Virus record (IMG/VR): IMGVR_UViG_3300020458_000018
Location: 1-24,892 of that record
Length of the DNA: 24,892 bases
Strand: one strand, 5' to 3'
Source: a virus
Taxonomy: Duplodnaviria > Caudoviricetes
The first letter of the stretch is position 1; every line of letters begins with the position of its first letter. Under the pieces are notes generated by a model. That model made no database searches. It had not been told where the DNA came from and saw only the letters and a program-made list of their open reading frames with translations. The position numbers and the translations under genes were made by a program. This document shows, one piece after another, positions 16,382-24,487 of the stretch.

Positions 16382-16948
16382 TTAAGCCTCCTTCTGGGCT
16401 TTGAATTGCTCGGCGCTGATGCCGGTCGCCGCGCATACCGCCAGCTCGGCCTCGGTCAGTCCGGTTTCGTTGTCGACCACCGGCGCCTTGCCTTTGGTCT
16501 GAGTGCTGGTGAGCGCCGCGATCGGCGTGACCGAATCCAGATACGAGGTCAGCGCGGCGACGTTCGACTTGCCCAGCTCACGTGCCCAAGGCTCCAGCGC
16601 TTTGGCCAGGCGACCATCCTCCAGAGCTGCATCAATCAGTTGGGTGACTTCCTTGTCGTCACGCTCCTGCAGGCGGGCAGTCAGTGCAGCCAGTTGCGTC
16701 TGCATTGCTGCCACCTGGTCAACCGGCACGAACTTGGCCGGATCAACAGAGGCGACCTTGGTTTGCAGCGCGGTGCAGGCGGCGATTACGGCGCCCTGGT
16801 CGGCTTTTTCATCCAGCGCAAGGGCTTTGCGCACACTGGTCAGTGGGTCTTCAGCCAGGCGCGCGGTCAGCGCGGTGATGGCTGCTTGTTCGGTTGTGGT
16901 TTCGGGCAAGCCGAGCGCGGCGAGCAGCGCTTTGAGCAGTTCATTCAC
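16382..16948 (-). CDS. Scaffolding protein Z from an in-frame internal start in the protease gene (188 aa)
   Basis: GAGGA-N7-GTG at 16948, at the boundary between protease domain and helical region; same I/Z arrangement as Mu. Confidence 0.65.
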   Translation of the reverse strand: MNELLKALLAALGLPETTTEQAAITALTARLAEDPLTSVRKALALDEKADQGAVIAACTALQTKVASVDPAKFVPVDQVAAMQTQLAALTARLQERDDKEVTQLIDAALEDGRLAKALEPWARELGKSNVAALTSYLDSVTPIAALTSTQTKGKAPVVDNETGLTEAELAVCAATGISAEQFKAQKEA

Positions 16949-17479
16949 GGAGTCATCCTCGGGTTGGTGAAACCCGAACGTGGCCGCGGCCAGCAGGGTC
17001 ATTTCCTGCAGGCCGTGGATCGCCGGGTTGTTGGTAATGGCACCCATGTGCAGCTCGACCACTTCGCCGGTGGTGCCGTTGTACTCAAACACCGGGCTGA
17101 AGAAGCGGTACTCCTTCTTCTTGCGGTGCTCCAGTGCGGGGTCGGTCAACTCAGCGATGGCAAACAAGCCGACGCCTTCCTCCCATTCCAGGGATTGGAA
17201 CCAGCCTGCGGCCGGAGCCGGCTGGCCGTTCTTTTCCTTGTTCAGGGTCTGGTGTTCGTAGTCGAGCACCAGCGGCTGGACGCGAGCGTTGAAGCGTTCA
17301 ATCACCCGCTGCGCGATGCTGGCGTCGATGTACCAGCCCGGCACGTCGATCTGGCGACCGTCAGCCGGACGAAAGAATCCAGCCGGCGTCACCTGAATGC
17401 GGACCAGGTTGCCGTTGGCAGCCTCCGGCATCTGAAACGAGCACGGGGCAATGGCGAAGTGGGAGAGATGTCTTTTCAT
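16382..17479 (-). CDS. Prohead protease I (Mu gp32) with C-terminal scaffold region
   Basis: 'PAGFFRPADGR', 'LDYEHQT', 'PAAGW', 'EYRFFSPVF', 'TNNPAI'. ATG 17479 preferred over the ORF-track start, which lies inside the promoter motif. Confidence 0.92.
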   Translation of the reverse strand: MKRHLSHFAIAPCSFQMPEAANGNLVRIQVTPAGFFRPADGRQIDVPGWYIDASIAQRVIERFNARVQPLVLDYEHQTLNKEKNGQPAPAAGWFQSLEWEEGVGLFAIAELTDPALEHRKKKEYRFFSPVFEYNGTTGEVVELHMGAITNNPAIHGLQEMTLLAAATFGFHQPEDDSVNELLKALLAALGLPETTTEQAAITALTARLAEDPLTSVRKALALDEKADQGAVIAACTALQTKVASVDPAKFVPVDQVAAMQTQLAALTARLQERDDKEVTQLIDAALEDGRLAKALEPWARELGKSNVAALTSYLDSVTPIAALTSTQTKGKAPVVDNETGLTEAELAVCAATGISAEQFKAQKEA

Positions 17480-17485
17480 GGGGCC

Positions 17486-17530
17486 ATGATTGGCCCTGCG
17501 GGAGCGTTTGTATTTTTGCGGGCGCAAAAA
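17486..17530 (-). promoter_or_regulatory. Putative activator-dependent late promoter (Mu PI equivalent)
   Basis: Minus strand TTTTTGCGCCCGCAAAAATACA-N17-AATCAT; second copy at 12060-12104. Confidence 0.7.
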
Positions 17531-17601
17531 TCAGCAGGCGGGGAATTTCAGTCTGCAGATGCAGGTGAGAGCACAACCGAGGCAAAGGAGTGGCGCTAAA
17601 C

Positions 17602-17615
17602 GCGTTTATAAACGC
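17602..17615. repeat. Perfect 14-bp palindrome GCGTTTATAAACGC
   Basis: Seen directly in the gpG-protease intergenic region; function unknown. Confidence 0.6.
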
Positions 17616-17689
17616 TAAATCAGCGTGAAACGGGGTTTGGTGCGAGCATCCGTAGCCGGTAAACGCCCTCAGGGGCTTCTGCGGGCGTT

Positions 17690-18262
17690 TTAGGGGCTTG
17701 CGCCAAAACCGGCCTTGCGGATGTAGTCGAGAGCGATATTGGTCAGTTCTTCGCTATCAGTGTCACTGGTACCCAGCCACGGCCGGGCCGGGATCTGGAT
17801 CGAGTAGTTGCCAATGGTCACCCACTGGGCAAAGTTGCTTTTGCGCTTCGGTACGAATCGATTGCCGATCGCGCCGCTGCGTTCCTGTTTGAAGTATGCC
17901 TGCTGGCTGCGGGCAGCAACATCGATGGTGCCGCCGAAGTGGTGAATGGCCGCATAGACCCGGTTACTCCCAAACAGCAGCTCGCCGCCGTTCACCTGGT
18001 AGACCAGGGTGTTCTTCAGGTAGCCATCAGCCTGCAGGATCTTGTCTCTGTTTTTCTTCTTGCGGCGCTGGTAGGCCGGGCTCAGCGCCTGCCAAGGCTT
18101 GCCGTCTGGTGAGGTCTGGCTGGCGAAGCGCTGATCGTGGGCAATCAGCAGGTACTCGCCCATGCTGCGCAGCAGTGGCGACGGGTCGCCTAGCGCCTGC
18201 GCGGCCTGGTTGATGATCGCCAGCGCCTGGCTGTTGTCGAATTCGAGTGTGGCACCTGCCAT
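17690..18262 (-). CDS. Virion morphogenesis protein (Mu gpG/gp31 family)
   Basis: 'RFASQTSPDGKPWQALSP', 'FGSNRVYAAIHHFGG', 'IPARPWLG'. Confidence 0.92.
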   Translation of the reverse strand: MAGATLEFDNSQALAIINQAAQALGDPSPLLRSMGEYLLIAHDQRFASQTSPDGKPWQALSPAYQRRKKKNRDKILQADGYLKNTLVYQVNGGELLFGSNRVYAAIHHFGGTIDVAARSQQAYFKQERSGAIGNRFVPKRKSNFAQWVTIGNYSIQIPARPWLGTSDTDSEELTNIALDYIRKAGFGASP

Positions 18263-18278
18263 GGGTTGATCCTATACT
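18249..18278 (+). promoter_or_regulatory. Putative sigma70 promoter firing convergently toward the MuF 3' end
   Basis: TATACT at 18273-18278 (5/6 consensus); GTGGCA at 18249-18254 (4/6, 18-nt spacer). Confidence 0.5.
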
Positions 18279-18284
18279 GTGGCC

Positions 18285-18360
18285 AAGCTGCTGCGTGGGG
18301 TTCCCGGCTATTGAACATCCAAGCGCGGCAGTGCCAGGGGTGCCGGCCCCTGGCTCATTC
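18285..18360 (+). ncRNA. Candidate small RNA with two hairpins and complementary loops (kissing loop/pseudoknot)
   Basis: Hairpin 1 18288-18331 (loop CCGGCUAUU); hairpin 2 GCCAGGGG/CCCCUGGC 18333-18354 (loop UGCCGG). Loop CCGGC pairs with loop GCCGG; three G-U pairs favour the + strand. Confidence 0.5.
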
Positions 18361-19593
18361 TTCCCGCCTGTATAACCGCACGCCCACCCGCATATCGTTG
18401 ATGTCTTGCTCTGGTCGAAACGTCGTTACACCAGACCAACCGTCTACGCCCAGCTCAAACACGGCCAGCATTGGCGTCGACTCACCCTCTACCAGGTACT
18501 GCGCAACATAGCGGCGCCGAACCACGGCCTTTTTCTGCCCGTGATGCCATTCCACTCGTGCCCAGATCTCATCTGGCAACCGCAGGGCCGCGGCCAGCAG
18601 TGCCATGAAGGGGCCGCGCTCGTTCTTCATCGACTTGAGCTGGCCTTTGGCGTTGGTGAATAGCTCGCTACCAACCACCAGGCGCTCGCCCAGCACATCC
18701 CGGAAGACCACTGGAGTATCCATATCAGCACCGAACGCCTGCAGGAATGCCTCGGCGTAATCTTGCGCCGGCAGGTTGGGTGGCAGCAGGCCCGCTGGCG
18801 CCGGCCGGGGCGTCGGCAGCTCGTCTGATGGCCGCGTATTGGGTAAGCCCGGCCCGCCGGTCGAACCCGGCAATGGTGGGTCGGGCCGCTCCGGCGGGAT
18901 CTGGCTATTCAGCCGTGATTGGCCCGGCACGTACTCAAAGCCGGGGTCGATGCCCTTGGGCACCTCCACCACGCGCGGCCCGTTGGGGCTGCGCTGGCCG
19001 ATGATGCGTTGTTCCATGACGATGGGCGGCGCGGTGTCTGGCCCGGTCTTGCCCATACGTTCAAGGTCGCGCTGACTCAGGGCGCGCACGCTGCACTGGC
19101 AGCCCCAGGCGTTGATCGGGAAGTGGTACTGCCACCACGGGTCGCTCCAGTGCAGGATCATCCCGTTCCAGGCTTCGTGCTCCGGGCGCGGGTGTTCCAC
19201 CGCATCGCTGTGGATGTACTGCCAGTAGGGGCGCTCCTCGCGCACGGCCATCAGCTGCTCGTAGCGGCCGGCCATGTAGCTGCTGCGCAGGTTGGTCTCG
19301 TAGATCACCCGGCTGCGCCAGTTGCGGCCGCCGTTGTAGCTCCAGCCATGACGCGCGACGATGGCGTCGAACTCGCGGCGGAACTCCTCAAGGCTGGTGC
19401 CGCCGGTGATGGCTTTCTCCACCGCCTGGCGAAAATCGGCCACCAGCTCGTCGCGGTTGGCACCGGCTACCACAAACGCGTAGTCGTGCTCGCGGGTGTA
19501 GATATCGGTCCAGGACTCGGTCGGCAGGTTGAGCTTACGGCGCAGGAACTCGTTCTGCTCGCGGAACGGCAGGCTGACAGCGCTAACGGCCAC
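18355..19593 (-). CDS. MuF (gp30) minor head protein with C-terminal PBECR2-like nuclease-fold domain
   Basis: MuF motifs 'VIYETN..SSY.AGR', 'PYWQY', 'RPEH..W.G', 'WW..HFPINAWGCQC', 'IDPGFEY.PG'; Pro-rich linker; C-terminal 'LPDEIW...RRRY...W.GVTTF...R.G.RLYRR'. Confidence 0.88.
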   Translation of the reverse strand: MAVSAVSLPFREQNEFLRRKLNLPTESWTDIYTREHDYAFVVAGANRDELVADFRQAVEKAITGGTSLEEFRREFDAIVARHGWSYNGGRNWRSRVIYETNLRSSYMAGRYEQLMAVREERPYWQYIHSDAVEHPRPEHEAWNGMILHWSDPWWQYHFPINAWGCQCSVRALSQRDLERMGKTGPDTAPPIVMEQRIIGQRSPNGPRVVEVPKGIDPGFEYVPGQSRLNSQIPPERPDPPLPGSTGGPGLPNTRPSDELPTPRPAPAGLLPPNLPAQDYAEAFLQAFGADMDTPVVFRDVLGERLVVGSELFTNAKGQLKSMKNERGPFMALLAAALRLPDEIWARVEWHHGQKKAVVRRRYVAQYLVEGESTPMLAVFELGVDGWSGVTTFRPEQDINDMRVGVRLYRREE

Positions 19594-21142
19594 GGGCGGC
19601 CTCCTCGATGATATCCAGTCGGCCCTGCAGGGCCGCTGCAGCCAGCGCCTGCGCCATACCCTCGGCGTACTGCTCGATGCTCATGCCCGGCAGCAGGTTG
19701 GCCAGCCCATCGCGGATCTGCTCCAGGCTGTCTGCTCGCTCCACAAGCTGGCGGATCTGCTCGATCCAGGTCGCGGTCGCCGGCTGTAGGTGATCGTCCA
19801 GCCGGTCGGCTGCAGTGAGTGCGCCTTGTTGCGCGGTGGCCGCTGCGGTCTTTGTGGCCGGCTCTGCCTCTGGCGCGGGGGCTTTCTGCGGCGGCTGAAG
19901 CACGTCTTCGTTGCCCTCTGGCTCAGGGATGCCAAGGCGCTCCTGTGCCCACTGGCGTGGCACCTGAATGCCCAGCGCGGTCAGTTTGGGCAGTGCGTCA
20001 GCGTAGTACTTGAGGTCTTCCGGTTCCTGCAGGTCGAACTTGAATCGCGGGCAGCGCTCCCAGTTGATCACCAGGCCGTTGAGCAGCGCGATCGGGTAAA
20101 TCAGGTCGCGGCTGAGCGTCTTGGCCACCTGCTTGGCGTCAGAGTCGCGCAGTTCCTTGCGCACCTCGTTGTGGACGTTGCCCAGGGCGTTGGTGCTGCT
20201 CGCGCCATCGGCCTGGCTGGTCAGGGTGCCGCCGAGGATGGCTTTGCTCTGCGTCTTCTCGCACCACTCGATCATCAGCTTGAATGCAGCCGGGTCGCCC
20301 TCGGCCGCGTTGAGAAACTCCAGCTCCATGCCGTTCGGGATGATGCCGGCGGCGTTGTGGCCCAGGGCTGCCAGCGCGCGCAGCAGGGTCAGCTTCTCCG
20401 CTTGGGTAGCGCCGCTGGGGTACTTGCCCACGCGCATAGGGATGCCGTAGATCTCCAGAAACTCGGCCAGGTCGCCCACGCTGTAGTTCTTGAACAGGTA
20501 TGGCCACACCAGCACGCGGAACAGCGCAGAGCGCTCCAGGTACCCGCTTTTGGCGCGGTGCGCGTGGGTAATCCAGCCGAAGGGCTGCAGAGCCTCACCA
20601 CCGGCCGAGCCGCGCAGGCGGATCTCCTGCCGCACGCCACGCGCCAGTTGGAACCAGCTCTGCGGGCGGTGATCGATGTGGCGCGGCAGCCAGATGCCGG
20701 CGGAGTGCTGCCACTCGATCTCCTGGCAGACGAAGCCTTTGCCGATCGCGTCGGTGGTGTCGAACAGAACCTCCTCAAAGTCATCCAGCCCCTGCAGCAG
20801 GCTGTACAGCTCGGCTGCGGCCTTCTTCTCGGCAGCGGTGGCGTTGTCTGGCGGCACAATGTCCCACTCAAGCCCGGTGATTGCGCGGCGGCGCTTGGAC
20901 ATCTCCGACATGATGTGGCCGTCTTTCTCTTCCATGTCCTCGAACAGCTCGAACTGCGCTACCACGTCGCCTTGCTCTGCGCCGTCGAGGATGCTGGCCA
21001 GCTTGGACGGCGTAAGCCCGCGGGACGGGTGGCCGCCCACTTCGTGGTGCAGGCTGGTCAGGTGTGCGGTCTGCGGCTCGCGCAGATCCTCGGTGCGCAG
21101 CGGCTGGCCGTCTGGGCCGAGGATGCGTGAAGTGGTCACCAT
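19583..21142 (-). CDS. Portal protein (Mu gp29, DUF935)
   Basis: 'HPSRGLTP', 'LFEDMEEKDGH', 'FLEIYGIPMRVGKY', 'SKAILGGTLTS', 'ALGNVHNEVR'. Confidence 0.95.
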   Translation of the reverse strand: MVTTSRILGPDGQPLRTEDLREPQTAHLTSLHHEVGGHPSRGLTPSKLASILDGAEQGDVVAQFELFEDMEEKDGHIMSEMSKRRRAITGLEWDIVPPDNATAAEKKAAAELYSLLQGLDDFEEVLFDTTDAIGKGFVCQEIEWQHSAGIWLPRHIDHRPQSWFQLARGVRQEIRLRGSAGGEALQPFGWITHAHRAKSGYLERSALFRVLVWPYLFKNYSVGDLAEFLEIYGIPMRVGKYPSGATQAEKLTLLRALAALGHNAAGIIPNGMELEFLNAAEGDPAAFKLMIEWCEKTQSKAILGGTLTSQADGASSTNALGNVHNEVRKELRDSDAKQVAKTLSRDLIYPIALLNGLVINWERCPRFKFDLQEPEDLKYYADALPKLTALGIQVPRQWAQERLGIPEPEGNEDVLQPPQKAPAPEAEPATKTAAATAQQGALTAADRLDDHLQPATATWIEQIRQLVERADSLEQIRDGLANLLPGMSIEQYAEGMAQALAAAALQGRLDIIEEAARGR

Positions 21143-22794
21143 GCTGATTGCTCCGGCAGGTCGATATCGGTGTCATCGGCGTCGAGGTTGTCGAAGCCGC
21201 GGGAGTGTTTGGGTACGGCGGTAAAGTCGATCTCAGTGCCGTCCATGAAGCTGGCGCGCACAGCCATCACCAGGCCGACCGCAAAGTCGCCGTGGCGCTT
21301 GCCTTTGCCGCTCTGGGATTCCAGATCCTTCTTGCGGCCCTTGTCGATCACCGGGACGCCGGCCTCGACCTTGATCGACAGCAGGTCATCGAGGACAGTC
21401 TGGTGGCGTGGAACCTCGATGTTCAGCGCCTCAAACTCGCCTTTCAGCTTGGGCAGCCACTCGTGGTACCAGGACTGCGACAGGTGCACCTGGTCAACAG
21501 CCTGGCTGCCGTACTTGAGCGCGGCCTGCTCGGCCAGGTAGCCGCCGTTGCCGGTGGCGTCGAATGCCAGGCCGCCGCGTCGAGGCAGCCGCTCACAGAT
21601 GAAGAACATCACCTGGCGCTGCTGCTCGTAGGTCACGTTGCGCAGCTCGACGGTAAAGGGCACGCGCTTGCGCAGGTCCGGCCGGATGGCCATCGGCACG
21701 AACACGGTCAGGTCGCCCCGGCGGGCAAAGTCCTCGCCGAACACATGGCGGTCGCGCGGGTTGAGCCGCGCCAGTTCTGGCAGCAGGTTCTCAGTACACC
21801 ACTGCTCGATCTCGGCCTCGCGCATGGCCGGGGTCCATTCCTCAAAGCCTGCAGGTGCCTCGTAGCGGTAAATGCGGATCGAGCGGTCCGCCACCATGCC
21901 TTGCTCGATGAGCACGCGCGACAGGTACGCGCCGCCGGACTTCTTGGGCACGCAGCCGTACTCTTCGTCGGCGCTCTCGGTATTGGGGGCGTTTTTGTAC
22001 AGGCCATCGCGCCACTTTTTCTCGGCTTCTGCTGACCAGGTCTGGCCGGTGACAAAGCAGATCCGCTTGTACAGGCCCTCGGCGATCGCATCATCCAATG
22101 TGATGCGGTGGACGCTGTAGTCCTTGCGGCCCTCGCGGGCATCCTGGATGTAGCCGTTGAACGCGTTGTCCACGCCGTTGTGGGTGCTGATCAGGCGAAC
22201 CTTGTTGCCCCACATGGTCAGAGCCAGCGCCGCCTTCAGCAGCTCTTCCAGCGACTCATGGAACGCCGCCTCATCGATCACTACGTCGCCCTGCAGGCCG
22301 CGCAGGTTGCTCGGCCGGCTGCTGAGCGCCTGGATCTTCCGTCCGGTCTTGGGGAACCGGATCATGTAGGTGAGGATTTCTTCCTTCTTGCCGTCATCCC
22401 AGAACGTCTGCTCGTAGACGTCGGCCTCGGCCAGCTCGTTGAAGGCGCGGGCGAACAGCGCGCAGGCGGCGATGTATTCCAGCGCCATCTCCTGCTTGCT
22501 GCCCACGTAGAAGGTGTTGCAGCCGCCGCGGCGTTTCGGCTTTGCCGCGTTGACCACGTTGCGGCCGGCCTCCGCCCAGGTGAGACCAGTGCGGCGCGAC
22601 TTCTCCGCGATCATGATCTGGCTCTCGTCCTCAAACCAGCGCTGTTGGTACCCGAGGAACACCGGCTCGTTTGCGGCGACTGCTTCTGCAATGTCCTGCG
22701 GCACTTCAACGCCGTGCAGGGCCATTTCCTCTGCAAGGTCGATCTTGCGCGGGGCGCTGACGGCGGCAAGCGGCTTGGCGGGAGGCAGGACCAT
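21136..22794 (-). CDS. Terminase large subunit (Mu gp28-like)
   Basis: 'YQQRW', 'EKSRRTGLTW' (Walker A variant), 'VVIDEAAF' (Walker B), 'ISTHNG', 'GEDFAR', 'FDATGNG', 'HGDF'. Confidence 0.95.
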   Translation of the reverse strand: MVLPPAKPLAAVSAPRKIDLAEEMALHGVEVPQDIAEAVAANEPVFLGYQQRWFEDESQIMIAEKSRRTGLTWAEAGRNVVNAAKPKRRGGCNTFYVGSKQEMALEYIAACALFARAFNELAEADVYEQTFWDDGKKEEILTYMIRFPKTGRKIQALSSRPSNLRGLQGDVVIDEAAFHESLEELLKAALALTMWGNKVRLISTHNGVDNAFNGYIQDAREGRKDYSVHRITLDDAIAEGLYKRICFVTGQTWSAEAEKKWRDGLYKNAPNTESADEEYGCVPKKSGGAYLSRVLIEQGMVADRSIRIYRYEAPAGFEEWTPAMREAEIEQWCTENLLPELARLNPRDRHVFGEDFARRGDLTVFVPMAIRPDLRKRVPFTVELRNVTYEQQRQVMFFICERLPRRGGLAFDATGNGGYLAEQAALKYGSQAVDQVHLSQSWYHEWLPKLKGEFEALNIEVPRHQTVLDDLLSIKVEAGVPVIDKGRKKDLESQSGKGKRHGDFAVGLVMAVRASFMDGTEIDFTAVPKHSRGFDNLDADDTDIDLPEQSAW

Positions 22795-23342
22795 CAGGCT
22801 TTACCCAGCAGAATGTTGCGGATGCGGCTTTCCAGCTGCTCGCTCATGCCGTCGCTGCCGCGCATCTCTTCCAGGCGCTGCTCCTGCTCCTGGATTAATG
22901 CCTCGCGGGCTTCGCGCTCGATCGCCTTGCGCTCCTCGCGGCTGACCTTGCGGGCGGCGAGCACGTCTTTGGCGGCGCGCGCCAGTTTGCGCACGTCATC
23001 AACCGTGGTCTCTTCGTCGATCTGCGCGCCCAGGGCGGCATGGGTTGTCAGCGTGGTGATGGACTGCACCATCAGCGCGCCGGCCTTGTCGTCCGGGTTC
23101 TCGCCCAGCTCCTCGACCAGCAGGCTGGCCATGGCCTGCTGCTCGCGCAGGCGCTTGCTCATCTCATCGAAGCTGACCTTGTAGCGGCCAACGGCTGAGC
23201 GGCTGGGTTTGTCGGATTGGGGGAACTGCTCGTGCAGGTCCTCGATCAGCTCATCGAGCGTCATGCGGTTTTCACGCAGGCGGCGCTCAATGTGGGACCG
23301 GACGCCTGGGTCCAGCTTGTCGATGCTCGATTTTCGGCCCAT
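22794..23342 (-). CDS. Terminase small subunit (Mu gp27/DUF3486)
   Basis: 'MGRKSSIDKL...SRSAVGRY'; directly precedes the large subunit. Confidence 0.88.
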   Translation of the reverse strand: MGRKSSIDKLDPGVRSHIERRLRENRMTLDELIEDLHEQFPQSDKPSRSAVGRYKVSFDEMSKRLREQQAMASLLVEELGENPDDKAGALMVQSITTLTTHAALGAQIDEETTVDDVRKLARAAKDVLAARKVSREERKAIEREAREALIQEQEQRLEEMRGSDGMSEQLESRIRNILLGKA

Positions 23343-23344
23343 GG

Positions 23345-23644
23345 TCAGGCTCCTGGACGCTTCACGCCATCAACGCGAGCACGGCCCGCTGCGACGTCGG
23401 AGCCGCGCTCAGTCAGCTTGGCCAGCAGCACCGCTCCGTCGCTCACGTCATCGAGCACAACCAGCTGCTGCTCCTCCAGCCAACGCAGTTCGGACTTGAC
23501 CTGGTCCCGGCTGGGTTCGTGCCCCCATTCCTGCAGCACGGCATGCAACACCGAGCTGTTGGCCCGGTAGGTGGGCATTTCCGCCAGGATGCGCAGGATC
23601 ACCAGGCGGCGGTCTTCGCTGAGAAAGTTGGCGTATTTGCTCAT
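23345..23644 (-). CDS. Mu gp26-like winged-helix protein
   Basis: 'EDRRLVILRIL...YRANSSVL...SRDQV..EL.WL.EQ.LV...LTERG.DVA.GRA.V.GVKRP'. Confidence 0.88.
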   Translation of the reverse strand: MSKYANFLSEDRRLVILRILAEMPTYRANSSVLHAVLQEWGHEPSRDQVKSELRWLEEQQLVVLDDVSDGAVLLAKLTERGSDVAAGRARVDGVKRPGA

Positions 23645-23961
23645 TGAGCCCTCGCATTCAGTAGGTAGTCATTGATTCGGTCGACAGATCTGGCCAAAGG
23701 GGCCAGTTCCCGAGCCACCCCCGCAAGCTCTGCCTTGATGGCCTTCATGTCCCCGGCCAGCTCGGACATTTGGTGGCTGTCTGGCATGTGCAGCAGCTGC
23801 TGCTCCAGCGTGAGGATTCGGGAGTCTTGGCTGCTGAGCCGTTGGGCCAACGCCTCGGCATCGGCCTTGGAACTGGATTTACGCGCGGCGGCAATCGAGA
23901 AGATGCCCACGGCGACGGTGAACACGAACTGGCCGGCACGGATGAGCAAGTCGATTTCCAT
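23641..23961 (-). CDS. Mu gp25/DUF2730-like membrane-anchored coiled-coil protein
   Basis: N-terminal TM helix, 'RILTLEQQLLHMPD', coiled coil, 'DYLLN' end; sits between spanins and gp26. Confidence 0.8.
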   Translation of the reverse strand: MEIDLLIRAGQFVFTVAVGIFSIAAARKSSSKADAEALAQRLSSQDSRILTLEQQLLHMPDSHQMSELAGDMKAIKAELAGVARELAPLARSVDRINDYLLNARAQ

Positions 23962-24219
23962 TCAGCGTTTCTCCTGCAGGTAGTTCACCAGCTCGACCAG
24001 CCGGCCCCCGCAGAGGCCATACAGGTCGTACATTTGCTTCAGCGTCAGCAATGCCGCATCTGCGCTGTTGTCATTCATCGCCACCGGCGGTGGGCACGGC
24101 ACCGCCAAGGCCGCTGGCAGCGGCTTCTGCTGCACGATCACGGGCGGCGGTGGTGTGGCGCATGCTGTCATCATCAAAGCGGCACTGAGCACGCTCAGCA
24201 GCAGTACGGTCGAGCGCAT
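23962..24219 (-). CDS. o-spanin (Rz1-like outer-membrane lipoprotein)
   Basis: Signal peptide with lipobox MTA-C20, Pro-rich mature part with two further Cys; overlaps the i-spanin 3' end by 149 nt in another frame. Confidence 0.85.
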   Translation of the reverse strand: MRSTVLLLSVLSAALMMTACATPPPPVIVQQKPLPAALAVPCPPPVAMNDNSADAALLTLKQMYDLYGLCGGRLVELVNYLQEKR

Positions 24220-24487
24220 CGGTCAGCTCCTTTGTGGTGTTGGCGTCTGCCTGCTGGCGGGCGCTTATTGAGAGATTGAGCGCAGTGCTGGCGGCGTGTG
24301 CCTGCTCGGTTAACCCTTTGGTTGAACTGATCAAGTCCTGCAGCTGCTGGGTCTGTGCGCCTGAGCACGCCAGCTGCGCTTCCAGCTTGCCTTGCTGGTG
24401 GCCTGCATCCTCCACGTAGCCCAGCAGCCAACGCAGCCCAAGAGCAGCGGCGATTACCAGCGCGCCCGCAATCAGGTAGCGGCTCAT
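24071..24487 (-). CDS. i-spanin (Rz-like)
   Basis: ATG 24487 (ATGA overlap); N-terminal TM, Ala/Gln-rich periplasmic helices, Cys residues; overlapped by the lipoprotein gene. Confidence 0.82.
   Translation of the reverse strand: MSRYLIAGALVIAAALGLRWLLGYVEDAGHQQGKLEAQLACSGAQTQQLQDLISSTKGLTEQAHAASTALNLSISARQQADANTTKELTDALDRTAAERAQCRFDDDSMRHTTAARDRAAEAAASGLGGAVPTAGGDE

Noticed and set aside
14173-23184. Long plus-strand ORFs (14173..15255, 14973..15977, 16406..17599, 19790..21130, 21148..22035, 22108..23184)
   Set aside because: Antisense shadows of high-GC3 minus-strand genes; no motifs or credible RBS.
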